In this document: positions 50,110 through 62,208 of the stretch, one piece after another
Numbering within the stretch: position 1 is the stretch's first letter
Layout: each line of letters starts with the position of its first letter
NCBI GenBank assembly: GCA_002633005.1
Contig: NMRA01000485.1
Location: forward strand, 186,442 to 250,441
Direction of reading: 5' to 3'
Length of the DNA: 64,000 bases
Origin: Phoronis australis
Taxonomy: Eukaryota; Animalia; Phoronida
Made by a program: the position numbers and the translations under genes
Notes under the pieces: generated by a model
What the model saw: only the letters and a program-made list of their open reading frames with translations
What the model was told of the DNA's origin: nothing
The model's database searches: none

Positions 50110-52294
50110 TGACCTGTGTAGTGCAAGATGATTCAAAATAAAGCTTTCAAATATTAATTTTGGCACTCCAAAAGTATCAAATGCGTATTTGAGACAAATA
50201 ACACGGGTTGACAGAAAAGAAGGAGTAGCACAACATTGCGGGAAAGTTGCCTTTGTCCTAGACGATGGCCAAAGACGTGCGTGTACTCACTTTCTCGAAG
50301 TGTATTAAAAATTGAGTAGAACTCTTACAAGTAAGATATAAATACAACGAACTAGAAATCCAAATTTCAAATTAAATGACTAATTGATTAAAATTAGCTT
50401 TTTTCCAATTTTCTCGTTTGATGTACAATAAAATAATCTGAAGCAAACCCCCGGCCAATGGGTGGAAAAGTAGCAACTGAAACCCCAAGAATCGGCAAAC
50501 GTAAATAAACAGGCAAAACAAAAGAAAAATCAGGCAGAGAAGTATTTAAAGGAACAATACATGAGACATAAAAACTACATGGGGTAGACGAGGAAAACTG
50601 AGGCAGGGAAACTAATGTCACGAGGGGAAGAAATCGCTGTCATAAAATAGTTTTCCGTACGCATATCATTCGGGCAAACATAGCTCCCGAACAGCCAAGC
50701 ACAGAGTATGCCTACGGATGTCGGAATCCTAACTCGCAGTATGGAAATCAATATTCTCTGTTTCTACACCCACAATATCGTAGATGTACACTGCGGAGGG
50801 TTCGTAGACAAAGTTCACCAAAAGAAAATCGGTAAACGAGGCTTTCACACGCAGAATAGAAGTACAACCAGTTCAGTTAATTGTAGTACCTAAAAAAAGT
50901 TTTCGGCAACCCAAGATGTAACCGCAAGAAATCGAAATTATTTCACATAGATCAGGGCACCATGAATGAACACTGCCAGATAAATTCCAGTTGCGCCGGA
51001 ATATCCCCGCCAGACAAGGCCCAAACCTTCGAGTTCAACTAGATCAACCCAACGGGTAACCACTGATAGAGTTGAAATTATCTGTATAATTATGTCTAGC
51101 ATCACTCCACGCGGCGCACTATTGATGTCAGACAACAGTGGTGGTGTGCCCGCCCCTGTCAGATAGGATCCCATTATTGAGGTAGATCAACCCAAGAGCC
51201 TACTGCATAAAATCTGTAGGATTCATTTTACCACCCGTGTATCATGATGAATAAATGCTGTCATAAAAATCCAGCCGTGGCGGGTTAACAGCCCGCGAGA
51301 CCGTGAAAAGTGCCGCCGAAACCTCAGAGTTATAAAATCTGACGACTGATGTAAATCATTAGCTATGAAATCATTTTATGCAAGACACCGGATGCTAACT
51401 CGAACGTCCAAACACAGATGACAGCAATATGCACCCACAAATTTGTATATATGGTGGCATAAAAAGCTGATTGAAAAGATAAGACGTTAACTGATAAAGA
51501 TACCAGAATCTGATACTTCTATTAGCACCACATATTCTCAAATCTAATATTAATCAATGCCTTTGCCTTCACCAAGCAACTCAATCAGCAACTATATCTT
51601 GGATCAAAATATGAACTGTCGTGTTCAACTAGCCTATAAGCGGCCATGCTGAGCCTTTAGTCACTTGACCTTTTGTTAGAAGATTCCTGTGTTACTATAA
51701 ATTAAAACACCACAATCTATAATTAACATGGACATGATGCATCTGAAATATTGACACCTAAAGGATTAATGTAAATTTATTATTTTCAATAAAGCAGAAA
51801 TTTTTGTAATGAAGCTTTCACCTCGTTGGTTTCTTTTTTGGGCGGGGGCTGGTGATGTTTTTATCTAATTTCTTTTCTTTCTCTTTAAGTTCCCTTTCTC
51901 ACTTTCTCTTCTCCTTTTCATGTTTTTCTCCCCCAGTCGTCTTGCCGATTCTCCCCCAGCTTTGCTTCTAACCTCGGTTTTAGTTGCTACGGTTTTTGCC
52001 GCAATTACGGTTGGGCTGGTGTCAAAGAGGCACGGGCAAGTACAAACCCATTGCCGCGGGTACCAGATTAATTTTATACACTAAACCATTGCCATCTTTT
52101 GTGCAAATAACAAACTACACCTACACTTTTTTTACCTTCACTGCCAAAGACCTATCCCTCATTCCAGACATCTGCTTGAAGACTTCGCGTGCTGCTCAAC
52201 TTGTTGGGTCTACCAGTCTGATGACAATATAAATATTTATGTAATATTAGTTTTTACCAATGCTTCAAGCTTGCCTGCTTACTCTTCAGATCAA

Positions 52295-52351
52295 ATGTAC
52301 ACACATCACGGCAAAGAGGGGCCAAACTGGGACGATTACACGCTGATATTG
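52295..52351 (+). CDS. PSMG2: Proteasome assembly chaperone 2, coding exon 1 (MYTHHGKEGPNWDDYTLIL)
   Basis: ATG exon of 57 nt ending TTG|gtgagt. Equivalent to the PAC2 N-terminal segment. Preceded by an acceptor at 52289. Confidence 0.85.
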
Positions 52352-52482
52352 GTGAGTCCCACAATGCACAAATACAAAGTCAGTGAGTCAGTCTCAGAAG
52401 TGACACGATCCGTTGTCGTTCATTAGTGACTCACTTGTGTCATTATTGCCAGCTTTGCTCTAAGGCTAGTGTCAGTAGTAAT

Positions 52483-52962
52483 CAGCGTGCTAACCATTCA
52501 GATAACAGACAATTGCCCATTAGCGAATAGCTAACAGGCTCACATGATTCACTGGTGGAAGCACATCTACAACATTCCCCCCTTTCCTACGGAACAGGCA
52601 CACCACCAGGAAGGTGAACACCAGGATGTCTTGCATACAGGTCATCAACGTCCCTTGGTACCTTTACCACCACAACACAGGTGAACACAAGGTAGTCTCT
52701 CAAACAAGTCCTTGACTCCTGGAACCTTCCACACACGCCGTCCCGAGATCCACGGGTACTAGTTGGCAGTGCTTCATTTGTAGATAATCTGTTTGCCGAT
52801 GTATGCCATTTGTAGTTATAGCCGAGATTTCCTGACCAGGGAATCGAACCAGGGTCCCTCATAAAACCAGCCAGCGTGCTAACCATTCAGCTAATAGGCA
52901 ATTGCCCGTTAGCGAGTAGCTAGCAGAGGCTCATATAAGTCACCAGAAGCACATCTACAACA
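52483..52962 (-). mobile_element. Non-autonomous miniature LTR retrotransposon (TRIM) with a tRNA-like sequence in its LTR, Helenus-like; 3' LTR truncated
   Basis: On the minus strand: 5' LTR 52962-52811 (TGT...ACA) with A box TAGCTGAATGG and B box GGTTCGATTCC; PBS TGGCATACATCGGC 2 nt after the LTR; 236-bp internal region; PPT GGAAAGGGGGGAA directly before the second LTR copy (52574-52483). Confidence 0.8.
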
Positions 52963-53402
52963 TTATGAAGACGAGTGACAAAATATTGTAGTAGGCCTAA
53001 TATCCAAGATTAGTAGTGTAGTTCTGCTTGCCGCATCAGCTGTAGTATCAAAATATCTCTTTTATGACCCACAACACATGACTGGACTAAGCCTTTTCAA
53101 ATTAGTGTAGAAAAGCCAGTGTAGCGTGAGACCTGTAAGGTCCCTGTCAAGTCCTTAGGACAATTCCATCTCATGTTTTACCGTAATTCTTTGTTAGCTC
53201 TGTGCTTAATGTGTACTTCATTGTCTTCACTACAATGTGACCGATGGCTTATCCTTGGTGCGGTATCATCTACTGAAAACTTTACATCATACACATAATT
53301 GATGTAAAATTGATGTAATGGTCCCCTTGACCAGTTTCCTCTGTGAATATCGGGCAGCAAACTGGTTCTCAAAAAGTGGGCACCTTATATTCGAATATTG
53401 AC

Positions 53403-53468
53403 TATTTTATGCTTAGAGATTGTTACACATTCCAATAGGAATGTGTAACAATCTCTAAGCATAAAATA
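53403..53468. repeat. Perfect inverted repeat, 31-bp arms and 4-nt loop
   Basis: tattttatgcttagagattgttacacattcc-aata-ggaatgtgtaacaatctctaagcataaaata. Confidence 0.95.
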
Positions 53469-54351
53469 TGCTTGAAAATTAAAACTTAAATCTACAGAAG
53501 TTTTCACAATAAACTTGACAACGTTGAAACTGGACAAAGTTTCATTTCACAAAACCACAACTAAAATATCCATTTATTGTCGTCTAGAATTTTTCCTGTT
53601 AAATCTCAACAGGAGTGACTCTATCCACATTGTCACACTGTGGACAACTGTGCGAGCCTATTACATAAGTAAGCGGCTAGGTGCAATAACGTCACGTCAA
53701 TCTCCGACAAAAGTTCGACAGAAACGCTTTTTATTGTGATACACATGTTAGACAAAACTGCCAAATACTAAGCAAGATGTTTAAATCCAAGTTTGGCAGA
53801 GTCCGACAAAATCTGTCTAGTTTACTATGAAACCTACGGTGTCATTGGAAAATGGTTACCCTAGTTGTTAGCTACAGTAACCATTCCTGCCCTCAAGGCA
53901 TTTCTTCTTGCCTTTACTAGTACCCTCCTACGCAGTACCACCTATTCAATACCCTCCAGAGTTGGGGCATTGTGCTAGACTTCAGAAATGAAGTCCCATG
54001 CCAAATGATGTTGTACGGATGTTGCAAGCTATTGTTTATCTTGGGAGGTCCATGTGATGTGTGTAAGCGCGTCGCATGGTTATCACCTATAGGACACTAC
54101 CATTAATGTCTTCCTTTATTGCATCTTTGTTGGATATAACAGTACAGGTGTCACGGATGTTGTAGCTTGGATGCCCATCAGCCAGTTACCAATAAATACT
54201 TACCATTATCTTTATTATAAGAAAGAAAAACAAAGTGAACAATAGTTACGCCTATCTACCAAATGTGAAGAGCTTGCGCCCTAATTTCCCATGGGTTTGG
54301 ACGCTTATTAGAACAGAAAGAATATGTTCTGATTGATTTGTTTATTTCCAG

Positions 54352-54526
54352 GCTTCAGTCTCAGTGGGAAATGTAGGTCAACTAGCCGCAGACTTGCTTA
54401 TTTCAACCCTATGGATGGACCATGTGGGCTCAATGTACAACGATTGCTTCACGCCAGTCATAGGAAATGACCCATTCTACACTGGTGACCCGTGTGCGAC
54501 TTGTGAACTCGTTACATGCTGTGAAG
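54352..54526 (+). CDS. PSMG2: PSMG2 coding exon 2
   Basis: ttccag|GCT...GAAG|gtgaca, 175 nt. ASVSVGNVGQLAADLLISTL...PVIGNDPF is the hallmark PAC2 motif (VSVGNVGQLA-DL-ISTL). Confidence 0.95.
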
Positions 54527-55087
54527 GTGACAACCTTTGACCTCTTACCTGTTTAAAACTAAATGTTTACCATACTGCTTAGTGAGTTATTAGGTGTATG
54601 CGAAATTAGTTATCAAATATTAGTTGTACATAGTTTAATTTTAATTTTAAGTCTGCGGCAACTTAAAGCCCATATGATTTTTGATACGGCAAGGGAGCAT
54701 TCATTATTACAGAGTGAAGGCAGTTCATTGGCTGCTTATACCGAAAGAATCACTGTCGAAGTTTGAAGTTTGTGATGGTTTGACCTAATTATGTGTAGCT
54801 CTGTATGCTTCTTTAATTTGTTTTAATTACTGATTGGAATTAGTGTCTTCAGTCTCACCAAAAAACCATCCAAACGTTGATGTGTGAGTAGAAAAAATTA
54901 CAGTGATTGGAATCAAAGTTTAGTTTCTTGGATGGACAAGGTTTTGTTGCCACCAAATGCTCAAGTTGATAGCATCCTGCATAATGACTGTTAAGAGATC
55001 TGATTCAGATGTTGCTTTGATATTAAAATTTGCCGAGAATGGGTACTGTGTGCCTTTAAATCTGTTACGTTTTTTCTATGTTTCTAG

Positions 55088-55146
55088 TTTACGAATCTTC
55101 GAGCAGGAAAGTTGTGGTTGTACAGATTCGGGCTCCATTGATAAAG
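55088..55146 (+). CDS. PSMG2: PSMG2 coding exon 3
   Basis: ttctag|TT...AAG|gtaaaa, 59 nt, phase 1 to 0. (V)YESSSRKVVVVQIRAPLIK. Confidence 0.92.
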
Positions 55147-55946
55147 GTAAAACTGAAGGTTTTATGTAGGACCCTAGAAAAATGGCCAAATCTGGCTGAC
55201 TGCGGAACGTCATACCTCAGAAAGAGCTGATCAGATTCAGTTGAAACTGTCAGAAACTACGCTTTATGTACTTTTCTCAAAAATGGTGTTACGAATTGTT
55301 TTAAAAATTTCTACTTTAGCTTGAGGGGCTATCGTAAAAACAAGACATTTTGATTTTCAGAAAAAGTCTTTAAATAACAGATTGGTCAAAAATCAAATTC
55401 TACAGAGCTTTCTATTTTCAGAAAGTGTATACTTTTGCTGTCAGAGTTAAAATCCATAGTTTTCTAGGTATTTTGCTTTTCGATAAGGTCCTGCATAACC
55501 GTAATACACTCCTGATGTAAGTGATAGTATACTAATACTAGTATCAGCTCTTGTGTGTCAGACAAACGTAGAATATTTTGACATCCATATATTCTGTTCA
55601 CGTCAATGTGGTGGTTACTTTTAAAACCAGTTTCAAGGTTATAACTCTCAGTGTGAACACTTTAGAACTGGTTTTTAAAGTAAGTTGTAAATGTAGCCCG
55701 GTTATAGAATTTTAGCCCAGTAGGTGGCACTGCAGTCGAATCTGGCGCACAGAGGCACTAACTGGGATTGAATCAGAAAGCGGTAGCAATGACAACTGGC
55801 GATTAAAACCACAAACTAGGCTTAGTAAAAAAATAAATACAACAATTTTAACTGTTGGTGTGAATAGCAGCGATTACATGAGGGTTGCAGAGAGTTACAA
55901 CTGGATTTATTTGGTGTGAAGACAGCAATAGTTACTGAAAGTCATT

Positions 55947-56361
55947 CAGGGGTCTGGTTCATGAAAATTTGGTGTTACGCTTCACATTACTATTTCTGAA
56001 AAAATAATTAAAATTCATCTTTCAATAAGACAATTAAAGAAGGAATATACCCATAACTTCTACTTACTGAGCATTTTGTTATAATTATTTCACGGTAGTG
56101 CTTATAATTAATGACTAATCCTCTATTTTGTTATAATTATTTCATGGTAGTGCTTATAATTAATGACTAATGCTATATTTTGTTATAACTATTTCTCGGT
56201 AGTGCTTATAGTTAATGACTAATCCTCTATTTTGTTATAATTATTTCACGGTAGTGCTTATAATTAATTACTAATCCTATATTTTGGTAATTGTGAATTG
56301 AAAGCTTGAGACCAAAGTTCTCCCTTAAGTCCCAAATCATTGTTCATGAAACAGACCCCTG
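55947..56361. mobile_element. MITE with 19-bp TIRs enclosing a 4 x 52-bp minisatellite (56073-56280)
   Basis: caggggtctggttcatgaa ... ttcatgaaacagacccctg (18/19 match). The unit attttgttataattatttcacggtagtgcttataattaatgactaatcctct starts at 56073, 56125, 56177 and 56229. Confidence 0.85.
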
Positions 56362-56443
56362 TTGGCACGTTTATGGACTAGTTAATCCATTGCGCATTTG
56401 AAAATATCACGTATAATATTATTGCTTTTGATCTTCAACTCAG

Positions 56444-56562
56444 GGGAAGAGGAAGCAGTTTCACTCTGAGCTATTTGGCTGGATCCACGCCCATCAGTTT
56501 TCCAAGGTGGTGTTGCTATCCAGTACCCATGCACACGAGAGGCTCGACCAACAGATGTCTGG
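56444..56562 (+). CDS. PSMG2: PSMG2 coding exon 4
   Basis: ctcag|GGG...TGG|gtaggc, 119 nt. GKRKQFHSELFGWIHAHQFSKVVLLSSTHAHERLDQQMS. Confidence 0.92.
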
Positions 56563-57067
56563 GTAGGCACGCAAACATGCTTGGTTTGCGTAGAATTTTT
56601 CTCATATTACATACAGAATTTTTAGAAATCAGTTGAAGAATAGAACCCTAATTTGCACAAACAATAAGAAAGTGGTAGGTGTTTTCTAAAGTTTTCCTCC
56701 ACTGGCCGTTGGTTCTCCCTTGGCATCTATTTACTGTCCACGAAACAATGGTAAGGGACACGAACAGCACAACAAAAGGCCTGCTTCTTGGTTCTGCATT
56801 CACTTATTGAGTAAACACAAATGATTAACACAGACCTGTGTTCAGTACCGCACACTTGGGGTTTGTATTATGATGAGTTAGCATTATTGGTTCTGTGCAA
56901 TTATACCATGGACATAGTTCAATTATTTGATTGCTTCTGAAGTTAAGTGTAATGTCAGCTGTAAACTTTGTTATGGTATGAGCACCTTTAAATAGTATGA
57001 ACACCTTTACATAGTCCTCATTAGGTCACCAAACCATGAAGCAAACACTTAAGAAATGATTTTTCAG

Positions 57068-57232
57068 CTCACAGACCCGGTACTTAGTTACTCCCAAGAT
57101 GTCCGAGCTCTACGGGTCTGTGTTTGAGGATACGCTTCATTGGACACAGCTGGAGCAGAGGAGGGCTCTGTCTGGAGAGGAGGAAGTGTTCATGCCAGGG
57201 GCTAGCATGGCGAAAGCCCTCTTTGAGGAGTG
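57068..57232 (+). CDS. PSMG2: PSMG2 coding exon 5
   Basis: ttttcag|C...GTG|gtgggt, 165 nt, phase 2 to 2. SQTRYLVTP...LHWTQLEQR...FMPGASMAKALFEE. Confidence 0.92.
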
Positions 57233-58362
57233 GTGGGTAACAGGAATCTGGAACAGGTCCTCGACTAATGTTCAATTTCTGCTGTGGTTATTGTAACAGA
57301 GCCTTCTATGGGCGTGTTAGGTATTCAAGAAAAATGACCCGGGCACTGTTTCATGAAAATGACGCTCCACACAAGTGCTTATGAAAAAATGATTTAATCT
57401 TACCTGAGCAAACATCCAAAGTCTACGAGAATGTACACATAACTGCTAGTTACTGAAGTGATTTCTATAAATCATTTTTAGAATGTATGGCACTCAGAGT
57501 TACAGCTTTTTTCAGCAATTGTGAAGTTGGAGTGCAAGACCAAATTTCTGTCTTATATCTTAAGTCACAGACCCCTGGAATTCTGCGTCGTTATGGCTAA
57601 ATGAAATTCATTGCCACTGTTGTTGTCTGTACTCAAAACGCGTCTTAAAATTGACCAATTAGATTGCTTGCTTTAGGCGTACTTACAAAATTGTTCTTGA
57701 ATGGTGAAATGTGATCGGTAAAGGTTTGAGGTTGAGTCAAGATCGGAGTTTGGAGATTAGGTGTACTCCTTACCAAGGCAACTTTCATTCATTGATTCAT
57801 ATGAGTGCTCATGTGTTTCTTTATTATGTGAGCATACACACTTGAGAGATCTTTGTTTCCTTCTCCGGTTTGTCATTTGAAGTATGTGTATGTGAGTTTT
57901 AGTTTGCAAATTATGTGGGAATCTTAAAAATTATGGAAGTCACAAGAAGAAAGATTATAATGGACCATTTAGTTGGAGTTTTTGTGAAAGTGGAGTTTCT
58001 TTTATGGACACAATTTGAAACTAAAAGTGACAAAGAAACATAACAAATTGTGGCATAGGCCCCGGCTCGGCAAAGACTTTTTGATTCAGTATAGAGTGGA
58101 TTCAAATCTCAAAGTGATCATACAGAATTTCACTTCTGCAACAAGAACCTACAATTCTAGTTCTCATATAAATCTAATGTCCATTTTTTGTGTCATTTAC
58201 TCCAAAGAAACAGGGAAATAAAATTAGATTAATTTTGTGAAGTTCAATTTTAGTTCTATATTTTCTCTGTTGATATTTTTGTCTTTGATGAGTGTTTAAA
58301 AGTCTATTGAGGGGACAGAATAGAGGTAGAATTATTTATAGTAATCTGTCTTCTCCTTTCAG

Positions 58363-58483
58363 TTGCCACAGAAACATAGCTGCAGCCGTGTTATTGACAT
58401 TCTGCTCAGAAGGTGACAATGCTCCTGATGCTGTTACCTTGGTAACATATCTCAACCAGTGGCTCTCCCTGGTGGAACTGCAG
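58363..58483 (+). CDS. PSMG2: PSMG2 coding exon 6
   Basis: tttcag|T...CAG|gtaaac, 121 nt. AVLLTFCSEGDNAPDAVTLVTYLNQWL contains the conserved PAC2 F-SEGDN-PDA motif. Confidence 0.95.
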
Positions 58484-58714
58484 GTAAACCAATAGTTCCT
58501 GGTGCTAGCTAGTTTCACTATGTGTAAAGTTTCTGATTAGATGTGTTCTTGTCTGTGAAATGTGTGGTTCAAAGATTATGAATCAATTCATGATTCATTT
58601 GATTTTAATTCAACTGTGGAGTAGGTTGCTTTAATTTTGGTAATCAGACATTTATGAAATTGGAAAAATAATTTTGTTATTGAATGTTTTGTAACCAGTG
58701 GTCTATTGTTACAG

Positions 58715-58819
58715 CCTGCTCAAGGTGACGAAGGAAAAGTCAAGGTCAAACCATGGAGGATACCCAACTCATGGAGGCTGAACTATGGAAGTAGTTTTGA
58801 CCAGACAATATTCTGGTGA
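58715..58819 (+). CDS. PSMG2: PSMG2 last coding exon
   Basis: ttacag|CCT...TGA. WRIPNSWRLNYGSSFDQTIFW* matches the PAC2 W-IP-SW--L-G C-terminus. Total CDS is 801 nt = 266 aa. Confidence 0.93.
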   Translation, partial: PAQGDEGKVKVKPWRIPNSWRLNYGSSFDQTIFW

Positions 58820-60070
58820 TGCGTTGTGGGGTACCATCTGACGACGCTCGTATTTTTGCATCTTTTCACGGACTTAAATTTTCAGACTTCATAATGCGTA
58901 CACTTGGTTTCATCCAGATTGCGTCATCTGGTGAAAAGACCAACATGAATTGCATTGTTTTCGACGTCTGCTCATCATGTGGTACTTAATGAGTATTTGA
59001 TTGTGCACAATCAACACAAAACGAAAAAAATGTTTTCAAGTGAGGTTTCTTTGAAATCGTGTCTTGAATGAATGACAGGTGTGACAAACAATCCCAGCTA
59101 AATCATGTTAGAATGGAGCCTGAAGTTCTAGTTTTATGCTTTCTCGTCACATCATTTTTACCTGGAAAAATAACATGCTAATTATTTTGTGGGAAAATTT
59201 TTAATACACAGAACTTAAAAAATAATAACTTTGCATTCAGTGTTACATTTTTCTCCAAATAATCAATCATTTGACAGTGACACTTGTAAATATTATGTGG
59301 CGTAATGTTAATAAGCTGCTGTCAAGTTTCAACTGTTAACAGTGGCTTTCAAAATGTACCGAACAATGTCGAAATATGACAGTTTCTGTTCACAAAACTG
59401 CAACAAAATATCCATTTATTTTCAACCAGAATCGGTTCTGATTCTGGCTAAATCTCAATAAAATTTCGACAGATGTTGTTCCATCCACGTCGTCAAAATC
59501 GCGACAGCTTACTGCACAAGTCCATTACGTAAATAAACGACAATTAGTGGCTAGCTGCAATGGCACTAAAATAGCTATCTATGACAATAATTTATAATTG
59601 TCAGTTGGCGGTGTCTTTCTAGACTTGAAGAGAAGCAGCATACACTGCAACCTATTGTGAGGATGGGAAATCGGAGGTTTGACGAAACTTCCAAAATATA
59701 TGTGGCAAGATGTTTATCCATGTTTGAATTATGTCAAAGTCTTACTAGTTGATCTTGAAAACTTCACTGTATTTTGTGAAGTAGAGTCAGATTGCATTGT
59801 AACACACCTCATTTCAATGCGCATCTGCTTGTAAGGCATTATCTCACAAGACCCAAGCCAATCGTATTGTATTCAAGTTCGTGTGGTTGGAACAAACACT
59901 TTTAAAAAGTCCTAGGAAGGATTGTACAACTGTAACTTGGTTCAACTCTGAATAGGAGAGTAGCCAATCGGATTATGGTTATCGGCCATTTAAAACCAAG
60001 AGTGGTGCTGATGAACTTAAAAAGAAAAGGATTTTCTTCTTTTCTTAAAAGTACTCTCAAAAATCATATA

Positions 60071-60278
60071 CCGTAAACTCGCGGGTTAATGCCCTGGGTG
60101 CTCAAACTGGGAAGCCTGAGACGGGGTGGACGATTACCCAAGCAGTGGGAGCATAAACCGAAAAATTGACAAAAGTCGGGAGGGCAATTACCCAAGCAGT
60201 GGGTGCTTAAACCGACAATTGACAAAAGTCCGGGATAGGCACTTACCCGGGCATGGGCATTAACCCACGAGTTCACGG
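60071..60278. mobile_element. Tc1/mariner (pogo/Tigger-like) MITE with TA TSD
   Basis: ta|ccgtaaactcgcgggttaatgccc ... gggcattaacccacgagttcacgg|ta, with an internal duplicated attacccaagcagtggg...aattgacaaaagtc block. Confidence 0.85.
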
Positions 60279-61762
60279 TATGATGCTAACATGGGAGGTG
60301 TTGCTTCATCTCGCTATACATGATGTTCACATGGACTTATTAGAGACAGATTATCACAAACAAAATATTCTTTATTTTTTCAAACAACTACTTTGTGAAC
60401 AGTGGAATGTGAGATACAAGATATACAGCACAGTTGACGAATATTTTGCTGAACAGGCAACACCTGGATGTCTAACAGGGACAACACAAAAACAGTTGAC
60501 GTCTGGCGAATACGGCAAATTTGAAAACCAACCAAATGCATGTAGCCATGGCAGTTTATTTAATTTCGCACAAATTTTCAACTTCATCCAGTTTTCTGTA
60601 TTGGATGTGGAGCTGGCATCATGTTGAACGAGTAATTCCTCTCTGGCTTTTGTTGGCTCACATTACATTGTTTCTACCTAGTCTTAGGTTTCTGTTGGGT
60701 GTATCCATCTTTGTAGTAAAAACACTCAGAATTTGTATTTGAAGCATCAGAATTAGCCCAGAAATAAAGTCCGAGTCCTTCAGTACAGTGTCCAGAACAC
60801 ATGGCTTATATCAATGACATGAATCTGCTCACAAGAACATACCGATATGGCCCGAAACAAATTGTTGGAGGACAACCTTATGTAATGTCTCTGGTGGTAT
60901 CTTATTTTCACCACAATTTGCCTCATGTACAGTCCTGACTGGTTGGCCACCTCTTACACCTCCAGACATTTGGACGTTGCCTCATTGCCACCTGATCAAT
61001 ACATATTCGCGAACTGCACTGTTTACACTATGAACGCAGATGAGCAAGATCAGCGTACAACAAGTGGGCATTTTAGTTAGCACACGAAGAAATTTTGTCG
61101 CACGAGGTGGAATCCATGGTTCACAGGTTCTGTAACCATTGAAACTGCAAACTTACAATATAACTACCAGTAAAATTGCGCACAAAAATAATACCGAGTA
61201 ACCTAAAATTGTAGTTTTCATTTTTAAAAAGGATGACTGCCTCGCTATAAATAAACAAAAAATCAAAAAGCGTTCAATTTGTTAATGGCAGCTGTACAGT
61301 ATAAGCCACTGAATAGAGAACGATTCAGTTTGCTGAGAAAATTTATAAACAAATCATAAGCCTGCCACATTGTTCCAAATAATTGAATAACCAGAAAAGA
61401 TAATTCACAGCAATTGTTGGATTTCCCTCCTAAAACTTAAAGCAATGTTACATGAACAGTACACACCAAAAAGTACAGAGACAAAATGTTCCAGAATTCC
61501 CCGTCATGACGGCCTGGCTGGAAGCTTACATCATCGACAGAGTAGTCTTCCCACGGAGAATGAAGGGAAATTAACATGAAAATTTGTAATGTGGCTAAAC
61601 CATTATACGAATAAAACTTTGATGAAAAAAATAGTCATTTTTGCAGAATTGGCCATAATGTCGGGGGGAAATAGTATTTTGTCCGATTAATTTTGTCTTG
61701 TACTGTAGTCACTGGTCATTAACTCACCTGGAAATAGCAGTAACGGTAAAACCCACAAGTCG

Positions 61763-61837
61763 TCAATTATGTAAACCCTGCATGCCTAACAGATTTAAGA
61801 ATCCCCACACCATCCAGTTGATGTTAAGAAGTTTGCC
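61763..61837 (-). CDS. Unidentified gene, last coding exon (GKLLNINWMVWGFLNLLGMQGLHN*)
   Basis: catttttag|GGC...TGA, phase 0. A donor CAG|gtgagt follows at 61728, 35 nt after the stop. Confidence 0.72.
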   Translation of the reverse strand, partial: GKLLNINWMVWGFLNLLGMQGLHN

Positions 61838-62125
61838 CTAAAAATGCATTCTAATATTTTTAATAAACTCTGTCAGTGAAACTATGAAGTTGAACTTTAA
61901 TTTTCAGACAAATATTTATGCAAAACCATGTTACTATAGATTTTTTCTGAGCAGAATGGTTTGCCACTCATATCTGTGTCATCATCATCATAGAAAGTTG
62001 GCTGCTTCAACGACTGAGCCAGGAACTTGTTTCTTTAACTCTCAAAAAGCCAGTTATATATTAAAAATTCAGACACAAAATATAACCAGGTGACCCAGTC
62101 ATACAAAATATGTCACAAATCTTAC

Positions 62126-62208
62126 CATACACAATCTATTCGAGGCATCAGCAAGCACAAAGGAGCAGTTATGACCAATCCCATGAAACTGTGGCCACCC
62201 ATATGCAA
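62126..62208 (-). CDS. Unidentified gene, internal exon ((V)AYGWPQFHGIGHNCSFVLADASNRLCM)
   Basis: ctacag|TT...ATG|gtaaga, 83 nt, phase 1 to 0. Confidence 0.8.

Noticed and set aside
52830-52900. Functional tRNA gene (also 43215-43289)
   Set aside because: A and B boxes are present, but the acceptor and anticodon stems are poor; the 52.8-kb copy is part of an LTR.
56073-56280. Regular repeats resembling a CRISPR array
   Set aside because: No unique spacers and a eukaryotic intronic context; it is a tandem minisatellite.
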